Sequence record: PP777464.1
Strand: one strand, 5' to 3'
DNA length: 64,000 nt
The notes under the pieces: model-generated
Seen by the model: the letters and a program-made list of their open reading frames with translations, nothing else
What the model was told of the DNA's origin: nothing
The model's database searches: none
In this document: positions 16,948 to 26,032 of the stretch, piece after piece
Layout: each line of letters begins with the position of its first letter
Position numbering within the stretch: the stretch's first letter is position 1
Translations under genes and position numbers: made by a program

Positions 16948-17552
16948 ACATAGATCAATTAATGAAGTACAGTACAAGTGTAATTCCAGTGCTAAGTAAA
17001 GCATTAGATGCATTCAATGCTAAGTACCCTGAAGGTTCAGAGTTAAATATTCCTTTTACCACAGAAGGGATTGTTGATACGTACATTGTAAACATCAGTA
17101 GTACAGGTATTGTTTTGAAGCAAAAGTACGGCGAAAGTGAATATTATGGATTGAAGCTGGATAATATTTCAGGAGAGAAGACACCTTATGAGTTTTGGGT
17201 TCCGAATAACATTGAGTCATGGAAAACAAATATTAATAAGAGAGACGAAAGAAATTTACCTCTTGTACAAAATAATGAAAAAAGAATTGACGTATTTTAT
17301 TATTACAGTACAGCCCAGTTTCCAGAAGAGATTTATTTAAATTCAGAGGTTCATGAAGATATTGAATCATTTTTCTTTCAGTTATCATTGGTACAGGATA
17401 TCATGCCTGTGCAAATGTTCAGGGATGAAATAAATTTAGCGAAAGAGATTTCGGATATGTTACCTGAATTTAGTGTTCTTTATGGTAGTAGAGCTTTACC
17501 TGAAAATGTTTACAAAGAATTTATTTCCATTGTTAAAGGGTTGAATATATAA
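16944..17552 (+). CDS. F2 protein
   Basis: DIESFFFQLSLVQD. Confidence 0.83.
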   Translation: MNIDQLMKYSTSVIPVLSKALDAFNAKYPEGSELNIPFTTEGIVDTYIVNISSTGIVLKQKYGESEYYGLKLDNISGEKTPYEFWVPNNIESWKTNINKRDERNLPLVQNNEKRIDVFYYYSTAQFPEEIYLNSEVHEDIESFFFQLSLVQDIMPVQMFRDEINLAKEISDMLPEFSVLYGSRALPENVYKEFISIVKGLNI

Positions 17553-17553
17553 T

Positions 17554-17748
17554 ATGACCGCCTATGATATCAAACAAAGGCATACGAAGTTTGATTTGTT
17601 CACATACCAATTCCACAATGATATAGTGAATTTTAACATCAATGCGTCCTTGCATCCTACATCACAAGATGATTTTGACAACAGAGTGCTTAACATCGTG
17701 GTGCTTTTGTGTTATAATCATTTCAGTGAATATTTTAACACAAGATAA
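17554..17748 (+). CDS. Small hypothetical protein
   Basis: 64 aa, abuts upstream stop. Confidence 0.6.
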   Translation: MTAYDIKQRHTKFDLFTYQFHNDIVNFNINASLHPTSQDDFDNRVLNIVVLLCYNHFSEYFNTR

Positions 17749-17761
17749 GGTTGAGGCACAC

Positions 17762-18280
17762 ATGTATCAGGCCAAGTACAATACATCATATGCATTTGCA
17801 CACAACATTTTGAAGATCATCAAAGCGTTAGAGGGTGGATTGCTTAGTCATAAGTACACCAGAGTAGGTGACAATTGGTTCAGAAATGATGATGAGTTCA
17901 GAAGTCATAAGATTGTTTACAGCAATAATTACAGTGCCAATTACCTTCAGGATGTTGCTATGTGCTTCGAATACGTGTTACAGTTCAGGGGTTCCATCAG
18001 TCCTGATCTAAGAGAACACATGTACATTCGATACCTACCAATGCTTAAGGATGAGAAAACAATATTCAATTCAGTACACCACAGAGTACGAGAGAGATCA
18101 TTCAGGGATATTTTAGAAGATGAAGCTGCCTATTTTCAGCAATCATTGATTGATGCTCCTGATGTGTTACAGATGCAGAATTTGTATAATGTATTAGATG
18201 CGAACATCGATACGGATATCTTTTTTTCCTTAAGTGATTATGAAACATTTTTGGAAGATTTAAAGGAAATAGGATTATGA
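17762..18280 (+). CDS. F2 protein
   Basis: EDEAAYFQQSLIDA; start moved to 17762 (GAGG SD). Confidence 0.83.
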   Translation: MYQAKYNTSYAFAHNILKIIKALEGGLLSHKYTRVGDNWFRNDDEFRSHKIVYSNNYSANYLQDVAMCFEYVLQFRGSISPDLREHMYIRYLPMLKDEKTIFNSVHHRVRERSFRDILEDEAAYFQQSLIDAPDVLQMQNLYNVLDANIDTDIFFSLSDYETFLEDLKEIGL

Positions 18281-18621
18281 GTAGATTTTCAGTTTATATA
18301 GTAAACGTCAGTAAAGATGGTAGTTTAATTGAATTTGATGTAGTTGATAACAATGATAATTCATATGGTATTAAGGTACAGGACAATGATGTACAGTTCA
18401 GTACAAGGACAAATTTTGAGAATCCAGTCCAAGTTCCGAATTTCATAGAAGATGAAGCTGCACGATTCCAACACGAAACGGCCTTTGATAATTTAGCGAT
18501 GCATATTATTATGCAACAAAGTTTAGTTCAATTGCTTCAGGTATTCAGACAAAATATATATGTACATGAAGTGTCGATTAATGGCATTCAAAGTTCCGTT
18601 TTGTTCGGTACAAATATGTAA
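18277..18621 (+). CDS. F2 protein
   Basis: EDEAARFQHETAFD. Confidence 0.8.
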   Translation: MSRFSVYIVNVSKDGSLIEFDVVDNNDNSYGIKVQDNDVQFSTRTNFENPVQVPNFIEDEAARFQHETAFDNLAMHIIMQQSLVQLLQVFRQNIYVHEVSINGIQSSVLFGTNM

Positions 18622-18631
18622 GGAAAGTACA

Positions 18632-19186
18632 ATGAGTTCAATGAGTTTATTAGATACATTAGAAAAAGACAGAAGTGCCATTAAGAGATTAAAAAATCTT
18701 GTCCAGAGCATTGCGAACAACGCTGAGAAGTTCAGTGACAATCTTAGTATAGGTGATATAACCAGTACAGGAATAAAATCCCTGAAGTCAGATTTATTAA
18801 TTCATAAGGAAGATAAATTATTATTTGTATTGAGTTCAGATTTAATGGTTGCAAGTAATGGTTTCAATTCGATATCAACACAAGATGGTAGCACAGGATT
18901 ATATCTATCACAGGGTGTCCAGACGAACGAACAAAAGTGTTTTAGTTCAGGAGTACAGAATCCCTTTAAGTTCAGTACAGAACAAGCTACAGAGCTTTTA
19001 GATGCTTCAGAAGAGATGTTATTTCAGTACAAAACGGTTCATACAGATTTTGAATTACGATGCATGTACGCTGTTAAGCATTATGTTCAGGAGTTCGAGA
19101 ATTTAAGTTATCTTTTAGTTCGAACGAATACAAAGAACATTGGTGCATTAGAAGATTACATTTCAAAAGTTGTTAAAGGGTGCTAA
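18632..19186 (+). CDS. F2 protein
   Basis: ASEEMLFQYKTVHT; start moved to 18632 (AAGGA SD). Confidence 0.83.
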   Translation: MSSMSLLDTLEKDRSAIKRLKNLVQSIANNAEKFSDNLSIGDITSTGIKSLKSDLLIHKEDKLLFVLSSDLMVASNGFNSISTQDGSTGLYLSQGVQTNEQKCFSSGVQNPFKFSTEQATELLDASEEMLFQYKTVHTDFELRCMYAVKHYVQEFENLSYLLVRTNTKNIGALEDYISKVVKGC

Positions 19187-19195
19187 AGGGTGCTG

Positions 19196-19357
19196 ATGAA
19201 AGAGTTATTTGAAGAACAGTTCGATACATATGTGGATAATATTCTTTATTCTAGTCGTGCTAGTCAACGAGGAAATCGTGCTTACAACATAGATTACCTA
19301 TTAACGGTGCTGAGTTCACAGTACACCTACGCTGTGCAGAGGACATATTATGGATAA
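19196..19357 (+). CDS. Small hypothetical protein (53 aa, below ORF-track cutoff)
   Basis: MKELFEEQFDTY...QRTYYG*, fills the gap and overlaps the next start. Confidence 0.55.
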   Translation: MKELFEEQFDTYVDNILYSSRASQRGNRAYNIDYLLTVLSSQYTYAVQRTYYG

Positions 19358-19553
19358 TTTTAGAGATGTTGCAAAGGAGAAGTTCAAGTGCAGTTTAGAT
19401 TACGGTTTAAATGATTTTCTTACATGCACAATGTACAGGAATGATGATTATGAGCAATCCGTAATTTCGTTGCACAGATATTTCGAAATAATTTACGCAA
19501 GATATCTTAGAAGGTTAGATGGAATAGGGGATTGGAGTTATGATTACGTTTGA
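19350..19553 (+). CDS. Small hypothetical protein
   Basis: 67 aa, GAGG SD. Confidence 0.65.
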   Translation: MDNFRDVAKEKFKCSLDYGLNDFLTCTMYRNDDYEQSVISLHRYFEIIYARYLRRLDGIGDWSYDYV

Positions 19554-19755
19554 AGAGCCGGAAGTGGTATATTGCTATAGTGTGAAAGGTTTTGAATACA
19601 TGATGGATTCGATTTTGAAGGATACATATTTGGTTCAGATTGCAGTTGCAGATGATGCAGTACAACGAGTATTGAATATATACGAGAAGACGAGTCGAAG
19701 GCTTTGTGCGATGAAAAGGATTGAAGAAATCAAGCTTTCTAGGCTGAATAAATAG
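19540..19755 (+). CDS. Small hypothetical protein
   Basis: 71 aa, GGAG SD. Confidence 0.65.
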   Translation: MITFEEPEVVYCYSVKGFEYMMDSILKDTYLVQIAVADDAVQRVLNIYEKTSRRLCAMKRIEEIKLSRLNK

Positions 19756-19816
19756 AGACGTTTCGTTTTCACAGGCCGCAGGGGGGGGTCAAAAAAATTT
19801 TCGCTGAAAAACATGT

Positions 19817-19866
19817 NNNNNNNNNNNNNNNNNNNNNNNNNNNNNNNNNNNNNNNNNNNNNNNNNN
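19817..19866. other. Assembly gap (50 N)
   Basis: Run of N; true length unknown. Confidence 0.99.
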
Positions 19867-19915
19867 TCATGTTTCCTGAAACAAAAAATACCCCGCCGCA
19901 AACGTTCTCCTTATA

Positions 19916-20329
19916 TTGGAGTTTACCTTATTAATTACAGTAGAGATTATTATGGAAATAAAATATAAAGAATTTTGTATAGGGACATGGATGTACACGG
20001 GTGAGTTGATTACGTGTTGTAATTTGTACAAAGGTGATTTAAACTACACAAGGGGCAAGGTTATAAAGTTCTGGAATTCACAATTTTATTTAATGGATCT
20101 TGGTACTGGATTTAGTTGTAAAGCAACCGATATGCTGGACTATACCTTAATGGATGATGCTGCACTATTTCAGGAGTCATTAGTATTTGACAAGAAGTAC
20201 ATCTGTACATTAGAAGAGATTGTTGAAATCCAGCGTAGAATTAAATGCATTCACAGGGAATGTATAGATAAATGGTGTAAAACTGGTGAAACTAATTTTA
20301 GTAATCATTTCAATCTAGGGGAAGAGTGA
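19916..20329 (+). CDS. F2 protein, FDKKY subgroup
   Basis: MDDAALFQESLVFDKKY; CNLxKGD. Confidence 0.85.
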   Translation: MEFTLLITVEIIMEIKYKEFCIGTWMYTGELITCCNLYKGDLNYTRGKVIKFWNSQFYLMDLGTGFSCKATDMLDYTLMDDAALFQESLVFDKKYICTLEEIVEIQRRIKCIHRECIDKWCKTGETNFSNHFNLGEE

Positions 20330-20685
20330 TGGAATTTGATTTTTTAATATCAGTACATTCTTTTAAGAACAGTTTTCAGTACTTTTGTAATTTAAACAAA
20401 GGTGATTTGATGCACAGTGCAAATGAGTATATTCATTTTACGGATGGTAAATTCACATTCATTGATTACAATTCATTACAGTATCCACATCAGGATATGC
20501 CGGATTATACAGTAATGGATGCCGCTGAACTATTTCAGGAGTCATTAGTATTTGATAAGAAGTACTTGTGTACATTTGAAGAAGTTATTGCAATACAAAA
20601 TGAAATGAAAGAGTATGACTCTTTGAATAAAGGCAATGTCAGTATTAATCAAGAATACAAATTCAATATAGGAATACCAGAATGA
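20326..20685 (+). CDS. F2 protein, FDKKY subgroup
   Basis: MDAAELFQESLVFDKKY. Confidence 0.87.
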   Translation: MMEFDFLISVHSFKNSFQYFCNLNKGDLMHSANEYIHFTDGKFTFIDYNSLQYPHQDMPDYTVMDAAELFQESLVFDKKYLCTFEEVIAIQNEMKEYDSLNKGNVSINQEYKFNIGIPE

Positions 20686-21047
20686 CATATGATTATTCAA
20701 TGTACGTTTGTAAGTCCAGAACGGGGTGGGATTTGTGCTGTAATCTTGTCAAGGGTGATTCGGAACATGAGTTGAGTTTATATATTCAGTACTCGGATTT
20801 GTGTTTTAATTTCATTGATGTATTACATGATGACTTCGACTATAACTCTGAAAGTATTACAGATTATACAGTACTGGATGATGTTGAACTATTTCAAGCT
20901 TCTTTGGTGTTTGACAAGAATAAGTACTCATGTACAATAGAAGATATGATTTTTATACAAAATGAAATGAAGAGATATGTTAAAGAAAACACCTTTGATA
21001 CATCTACACCAACAACAAGTAATTATTATTTCAATACAGGTGAGTAA
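20682..21047 (+). CDS. F2 protein, FDKKY subgroup
   Basis: LDDVELFQASLVFDKNKY. Confidence 0.87.
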   Translation: MTYDYSMYVCKSRTGWDLCCNLVKGDSEHELSLYIQYSDLCFNFIDVLHDDFDYNSESITDYTVLDDVELFQASLVFDKNKYSCTIEDMIFIQNEMKRYVKENTFDTSTPTTSNYYFNTGE

Positions 21048-21048
21048 T

Positions 21049-21393
21049 ATGGAATATGATTTTTCTATGTTTATACCTAAGATTAGTACTTCACTGGAAG
21101 TGTATTGCAATCTTAACAAAGGTGATTATGAACACAAAATGGATCAGTACATTAAATTTAATGGTTCTTACTTTAGCTTCATTGATTATCAGGCCAAAGG
21201 AACAGTTGTAGAAAATATGAAAGACTATACAACTGTACAGGGTGAGGCTGAAATATTTCAAGAGTCATTAATATTTGACAAGAAGTACTTGTGTACACTA
21301 GAGGAAGTTATTGAACTCCAACAGAAGATGAAAGAATATAGAAGAATCTGTATAGAGACTGATTCCAAAGATAGGTATCGTTTTAAGCTATGA
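21049..21393 (+). CDS. F2 protein, FDKKY subgroup
   Basis: GEAEIFQESLIFDKKY; start moved to MEYDFS 21049. Confidence 0.87.
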   Translation: MEYDFSMFIPKISTSLEVYCNLNKGDYEHKMDQYIKFNGSYFSFIDYQAKGTVVENMKDYTTVQGEAEIFQESLIFDKKYLCTLEEVIELQQKMKEYRRICIETDSKDRYRFKL

Positions 21394-21575
21394 ATAAAAA
21401 AGAACAAATGGAATCATTCATGAATACAATACTTCGACGATTCGTAATTGATATTAGACATAACAACAGCATTAGGAATGACATGTACTTCGGTACATAT
21501 GATATTAGTGAATTGTATATAGCTAATATTCACATGGTTTACCGAGATTATATCAAGACACAACACAGGAGTTGA
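21390..21575 (+). CDS. Small hypothetical protein
   Basis: 61 aa, ATGA-coupled. Confidence 0.65.
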   Translation: MNKKEQMESFMNTILRRFVIDIRHNNSIRNDMYFGTYDISELYIANIHMVYRDYIKTQHRS

Positions 21576-21576
21576 T

Positions 21577-22047
21577 ATGAGTTTTGCAAGAGCATTAGAA
21601 ATTGCTAAGTTAATTGATTTATGTAAAAAGGAAATAGTACTCAATCAACTCAATGGGTATCTATTCAAGGAAGGTAAAGCTTATTGTCGAATGATATACG
21701 ATGACAGTAGTGAGTACATTCACATGTACGAAGAAAACTTAGATTCTTCTGAAACAACACTCACTGGGTGTGATGTTAATCTGGAAGATAATTACATGTA
21801 CTTCTGTCGTGATGCTGATATTTTAATACAATATACTGACATTATAACTGGTGCAGCAGAGAAACATCTTCCGTATTCAGTACTGGATAATGACTGGGGA
21901 AGTGAAGAGTTCTACTTCCAGCAGAATACTATCTACGAGGAATATGTGCTTGACAAGCTTGTCATTCTGTGGTACTTTAATAATACAGATTGTCCTAGCT
22001 TCTATTTGGACTTGGATCTACTACGAGTTATTAAAGAGGATATATGA
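21577..22047 (+). CDS. F2 protein, MSLxSAL subgroup
   Basis: WGSEEFYFQQNTIYE ... FYLDLD. Confidence 0.87.
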   Translation: MSFARALEIAKLIDLCKKEIVLNQLNGYLFKEGKAYCRMIYDDSSEYIHMYEENLDSSETTLTGCDVNLEDNYMYFCRDADILIQYTDIITGAAEKHLPYSVLDNDWGSEEFYFQQNTIYEEYVLDKLVILWYFNNTDCPSFYLDLDLLRVIKEDI

Positions 22048-22484
22048 GTTTAGCAAGTGCACTTAAACTGGCACACAAAATACATCACTTCCACGATAAC
22101 ATAAAAAGTGGTTTCTATGGTGATAAAGTAAGTGCATTTGGTAATGAGTATTATCTATCAGGTATAAAGACATACTCTGATGATATTTTACTTATGGGCC
22201 ATGATAAAGACAATACTATACAGTACTCTTCATGTAGTCAATATACTAGTTTTTTTGTATATATTCCAGGTACTAAGATTACTTTTGACACATCAAATAC
22301 ACCTGTTGACTTCGGGGTACTTGATGGGCCGTGGGGTACTGAAGAGTATTACTTCCAACAGAGTCTTATTTTTAACCAAGAAATGCTTGATTCCTTGGTT
22401 GTTTTGTGGTACTTTAAGGAATTGAATTTTGAACCCTTCTTCCTTGACTGGGGAGCATGTGAATATTTAAGTACAGGGGATTAG
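22044..22484 (+). CDS. F2 protein, MSLxSAL subgroup
   Basis: GPWGTEEYYFQQSLIFN. Confidence 0.87.
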   Translation: MSLASALKLAHKIHHFHDNIKSGFYGDKVSAFGNEYYLSGIKTYSDDILLMGHDKDNTIQYSSCSQYTSFFVYIPGTKITFDTSNTPVDFGVLDGPWGTEEYYFQQSLIFNQEMLDSLVVLWYFKELNFEPFFLDWGACEYLSTGD

Positions 22485-22486
22485 TA

Positions 22487-22978
22487 ATGTCATTAGAAAG
22501 TGCATTGAAAGAAGCAAAGAAGATTCATGAGTACATGATTATGGTACAAGAAGGTTCAGTGCCTGGTGTGTATAAAACATCTGATACTGAATTTTTTGTA
22601 AAAGACCGCGACGATTATGATGAGTCAGAGATATGTGCAGAAACGTTAGTACTACACACTGATACGGGTGATACTGATGACTGTGAATATCATATGTACA
22701 ATCAGTACATTAGTTATTGTAGAGATGAAGATATTATAATTTACAGTCCTGATTACGATGATTATGACACAATCATTCCGTATTCAGTACTGGAAGGTCC
22801 GTGGGATAGTGAAGAATATTACTTCCAGAACAGTACTGTGTACAATGAAGAAGAATTAGATGTTATTGTAATTATGTGGTACTTTAAAAGTATTGGTTCT
22901 GATAGTTTCTATTTCGATTATGAATACGTAGAGAATACTGTAGGGGAAGATAATGTCATTACAAAGTGCTCTGGATAA
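22487..22978 (+). CDS. F2 protein, MSLxSAL subgroup
   Basis: GPWDSEEYYFQNSTVYN. Confidence 0.87.
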   Translation: MSLESALKEAKKIHEYMIMVQEGSVPGVYKTSDTEFFVKDRDDYDESEICAETLVLHTDTGDTDDCEYHMYNQYISYCRDEDIIIYSPDYDDYDTIIPYSVLEGPWDSEEYYFQNSTVYNEEELDVIVIMWYFKSIGSDSFYFDYEYVENTVGEDNVITKCSG

Positions 22979-23396
22979 AGCAAAAGAACTACAGGTATAT
23001 ATTGAAGATATCAAGGCTGGGAAGTTCGAAGAAGTATACAAAGCCGAGAATGGTAACTACTACAAGGATAGTGATTTTACCACAACTACAGTTATTCTTG
23101 GGCTGAATTCCAAAAGTCCCGCAGATTTTTCACAATACAATCCAGATGCAGAATTTATCAGTTATGCTTATGGTGGTGAAATCCGTTTTTATAATCGCAG
23201 CAGACCTTTAAAATTGAACTTTGAAGTACTGAAAGGTCCGTGGGATAGTGAAGAGTATTACTTTCAGAATAGTACTTTGTATGATGATGAAGTACTAGAT
23301 ACTTTAGTTATTATGTGGTACTTTAAAAGTATTGATAGTACAAGATTTTATTTGGATTATGAATATGTACGTGAAGCATATAAGGGCAAACGATGA
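22953..23396 (+). CDS. F2 protein, MSLxSAL subgroup
   Basis: GPWDSEEYYFQNSTLYD. Confidence 0.87.
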   Translation: MSLQSALDKAKELQVYIEDIKAGKFEEVYKAENGNYYKDSDFTTTTVILGLNSKSPADFSQYNPDAEFISYAYGGEIRFYNRSRPLKLNFEVLKGPWDSEEYYFQNSTLYDDEVLDTLVIMWYFKSIDSTRFYLDYEYVREAYKGKR

Positions 23397-23707
23397 AATT
23401 CTTATACAGTATTCAGTACATTCCTGGTACAATTAGTTTAATGTATTTCTTCGATCATGATAATTTCCAGCTCCTTGCCATTAGAAGATGTAATGAATCT
23501 TTAATGATTGAATATCTTCACGATTGTGATTATATTCCTGACTTCCTTGAATGCGATTACAGAGATGATCATGAATCATTTATTTTTCAGGAATCACTTG
23601 TATGGGATAAGAGAATTAATTTTTATGCTTTACTTGAGATACAAAAACAAGTGAAGTACTACTGGGATTACTTAATTACCCAAAAATATATAGAGATTGA
23701 AATATAA
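23393..23707 (+). CDS. F2 protein
   Basis: HESFIFQESLVWDKR. Confidence 0.85.
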   Translation: MKFLYSIQYIPGTISLMYFFDHDNFQLLAIRRCNESLMIEYLHDCDYIPDFLECDYRDDHESFIFQESLVWDKRINFYALLEIQKQVKYYWDYLITQKYIEIEI

Positions 23708-24150
23708 TGTACGAAAGTGTTCTTAAGCACGCTGAAGAATTAGTTAATATAGTAAAGTTCTTTCAAAATAATGTAAAGTACTTAGACTATAAAGGGGCAT
23801 ATATTAGTACTATAAGTGTTGGAACAGATATACTAGGATTAGGTAATGAATATAAGTACGAGTCACATGATTATGATTTGGAATTCAAGTACTTCGTATG
23901 GGATTCTGGAACTTTCTATTCTATAGAGGAAGATGGCAAATATTTTGAATTCACAGAAGAAGAAGTACTATTTTTAAATTCAGAAGATGCTTACTTCCAG
24001 TACAGTACTATATACCCAAATGGGGCGTTAAGAGCTTTAGTAGTTTTTAATGCATTTCTGAAAGAGAACTTTAATAATTCTATATTCATTGATTTAGATT
24101 ATGTATATGAACTAAATCAGGTAATATATATGGAGTCCAGAGAAAAATGA
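23707..24150 (+). CDS. F2 protein
   Basis: NSEDAYFQYSTIYP. Confidence 0.85.
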   Translation: MYESVLKHAEELVNIVKFFQNNVKYLDYKGAYISTISVGTDILGLGNEYKYESHDYDLEFKYFVWDSGTFYSIEEDGKYFEFTEEEVLFLNSEDAYFQYSTIYPNGALRALVVFNAFLKENFNNSIFIDLDYVYELNQVIYMESREK

Positions 24151-24593
24151 GTTACGAAAGTGCAATCAAGAAAGCAAATGATATTCTAAAAGTTGTTAAG
24201 TTCTTCAAAGAAAATCCTGAATACGTAGATGATAAACGCAGAGAAGTTTCTAATGGTACGAAGATTACAATTGATTCTTTATTTGACACTAGCAACGACA
24301 ACTGTAGTACTATTGAATTAGCATACGATTATATTTCATTGAACAGAAAATATGATGAAGTTACGATAGAGCGTCATGAGAATGAAGAATCTTTTAAAAT
24401 TTCTGATATTTTATCTCTGAGTACAGAAGAAGGGTACTTCCAGGGAAGTACTGTTTATAATGAAGGAACACTAGACAATCTATGTACATTTAGTGTACTA
24501 TATCAGAAGTCAGTACTGGATATATTTTATCTAGACACTGAAAAACTTGATAGGTTAGTTGATTTCGTTACTATAGAAGAGGCATCCGTTTGA
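24147..24593 (+). CDS. F2 protein
   Basis: STEEGYFQGSTVYN. Confidence 0.85.
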   Translation: MSYESAIKKANDILKVVKFFKENPEYVDDKRREVSNGTKITIDSLFDTSNDNCSTIELAYDYISLNRKYDEVTIERHENEESFKISDILSLSTEEGYFQGSTVYNEGTLDNLCTFSVLYQKSVLDIFYLDTEKLDRLVDFVTIEEASV

Positions 24594-25123
24594 GAAAAAT
24601 TAACATTAATGATTATGATGCATTACAAGATTTATCAAAAAAGATTCGCACTATCGTACCAGTACTGAAAAAATGCAGTACTGGATTAATTGATCCTAGT
24701 ACAGTTATTAGTGAGAAGTACGATTTCCATAAACTTCTACAAGGGAATGGTGCATTCCAGAAGTGTGAGATACGTGAGAAACACGTCATTGATACATCAT
24801 TGCTTTCAATTGGTTCAGCCGTTCATAAGAATGTTGTATACCTTGAATCCAGATCTGAAACTATTCGACAGATGACTTTTAAGAAAAAGTGTACTGAAAT
24901 TGACGTGTACACTATGATATGGGGTTATCCAGAGTTATATCGTACTATTAATATTCCTAAGTACAATTACAATTCATTTGAAGAACAGTGCTTTCAACTA
25001 TCTTGTACTGATCCTGACTATGCTATTATTCAGTTCTATATGGAATTGCAGATGGCATTTAACAGTAATTTAAATATCAATTTATTAAAGGTTGATTTCG
25101 ATGAAGTATTCAAAAACATTTAA
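24590..25123 (+). CDS. F2 protein
   Basis: SFEEQCFQLSCTDP; TTG start. Confidence 0.8.
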   Translation: MRKININDYDALQDLSKKIRTIVPVLKKCSTGLIDPSTVISEKYDFHKLLQGNGAFQKCEIREKHVIDTSLLSIGSAVHKNVVYLESRSETIRQMTFKKKCTEIDVYTMIWGYPELYRTINIPKYNYNSFEEQCFQLSCTDPDYAIIQFYMELQMAFNSNLNINLLKVDFDEVFKNI

Positions 25124-25319
25124 TCGAATTGAATACATGAGAACTGTGAGTGCAGTGTGGGACATATGGTTCACTACTAAACCAAAAATGGATTACCATG
25201 ACTTTAAGCTATTGTTCTTCGTTGGCTCTAACAAACAGGATGTTGCAATGAAGGGTTATATTCAGCACTTACAGGAACTAATCCAGAAGAGAATATATGA
25301 AAATAATAGACCAAGATGA
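25092..25319 (+). CDS. F1 paralog (dispersed, divergent)
   Basis: VGSNKQDVA. Confidence 0.7.
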   Translation: MISMKYSKTFNRIEYMRTVSAVWDIWFTTKPKMDYHDFKLLFFVGSNKQDVAMKGYIQHLQELIQKRIYENNRPR

Positions 25320-25488
25320 TATTGCCAAACTATTCAATATATATTCTTCTAAAATGATGCAAACCGACTCATATAGTACTGAATTCAAAGAATTAAAAGT
25401 ACTGATGTATTTGGGTACACAGTATCAGGAACAAGTTGTTAAAGAATATATTGATTCTTTACAGAAGGATATCCGTTATGTACAATGA
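25297..25488 (+). CDS. F1 paralog (dispersed)
   Basis: LGTQYQEQV. Confidence 0.85.
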   Translation: MKIIDQDDIAKLFNIYSSKMMQTDSYSTEFKELKVLMYLGTQYQEQVVKEYIDSLQKDIRYVQ

Positions 25489-26032
25489 ACTTGACTTGGC
25501 ATTTGAGCGTGTAAAAATCTTCATTGAAACTTATATTATGCATGAAACTATACTGAAAACAAAAGGAATATGGTTCACTGATAAATTTCTTACTATGGCT
25601 ATGAGAGGTGGAATGAAACATCTGTACTGCACAGATAATGCAAGAATTTCAGTACTGAATTATGATGAAAGTGTAGCATCCAGTACCAGTTTAATTTCTA
25701 CATACAATGATAATGTTATTAGTATTATGTGCAATATGAATGTCCCATCTATTTCTGTATATAAAAACTGTGATAGTTCATTGGAGTACAAGATTGAGCA
25801 GTACTTATATCCTAACACAGAAGAAAACATCTTTCAAAATAGTCTTATGTGGGATGATACATCTACTAAGTGCATATATCTTTATAATAAATTAAAAGAG
25901 TACATTGTTGATAGTTCAATTAGTACTGCTGTATTCAGTGTTACTGTTTTTAATGATAATCGTGAAGATATGAGTTCTTACAGAGACATTGTAAGAATAC
26001 ATGCAATGTATAAGGATCTACTATGTTATTAA
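25478..26032 (+). CDS. F2 protein
   Basis: NTEENIFQNSLMWD; start moved to 25478. Confidence 0.83.
   Translation: MYNELDLAFERVKIFIETYIMHETILKTKGIWFTDKFLTMAMRGGMKHLYCTDNARISVLNYDESVASSTSLISTYNDNVISIMCNMNVPSISVYKNCDSSLEYKIEQYLYPNTEENIFQNSLMWDDTSTKCIYLYNKLKEYIVDSSISTAVFSVTVFNDNREDMSSYRDIVRIHAMYKDLLCY

Noticed and set aside
19174-19193. Tandem TAAAGGGTGC x2 at a gene end
   Set aside because: A single 10-bp slippage duplication with no evident function.
14984-19333. Exact 15-bp repeat CAGTACACCTACGCT at 14984 and 19319
   Set aside because: Both copies are in coding sequence (QYTYA), include the enriched GTAC core, and a few such matches are expected by chance in 64 kb.
19635-19901. Minus-strand ORF spanning the gap
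   Set aside because: Open only because the Ns hide stop codons.
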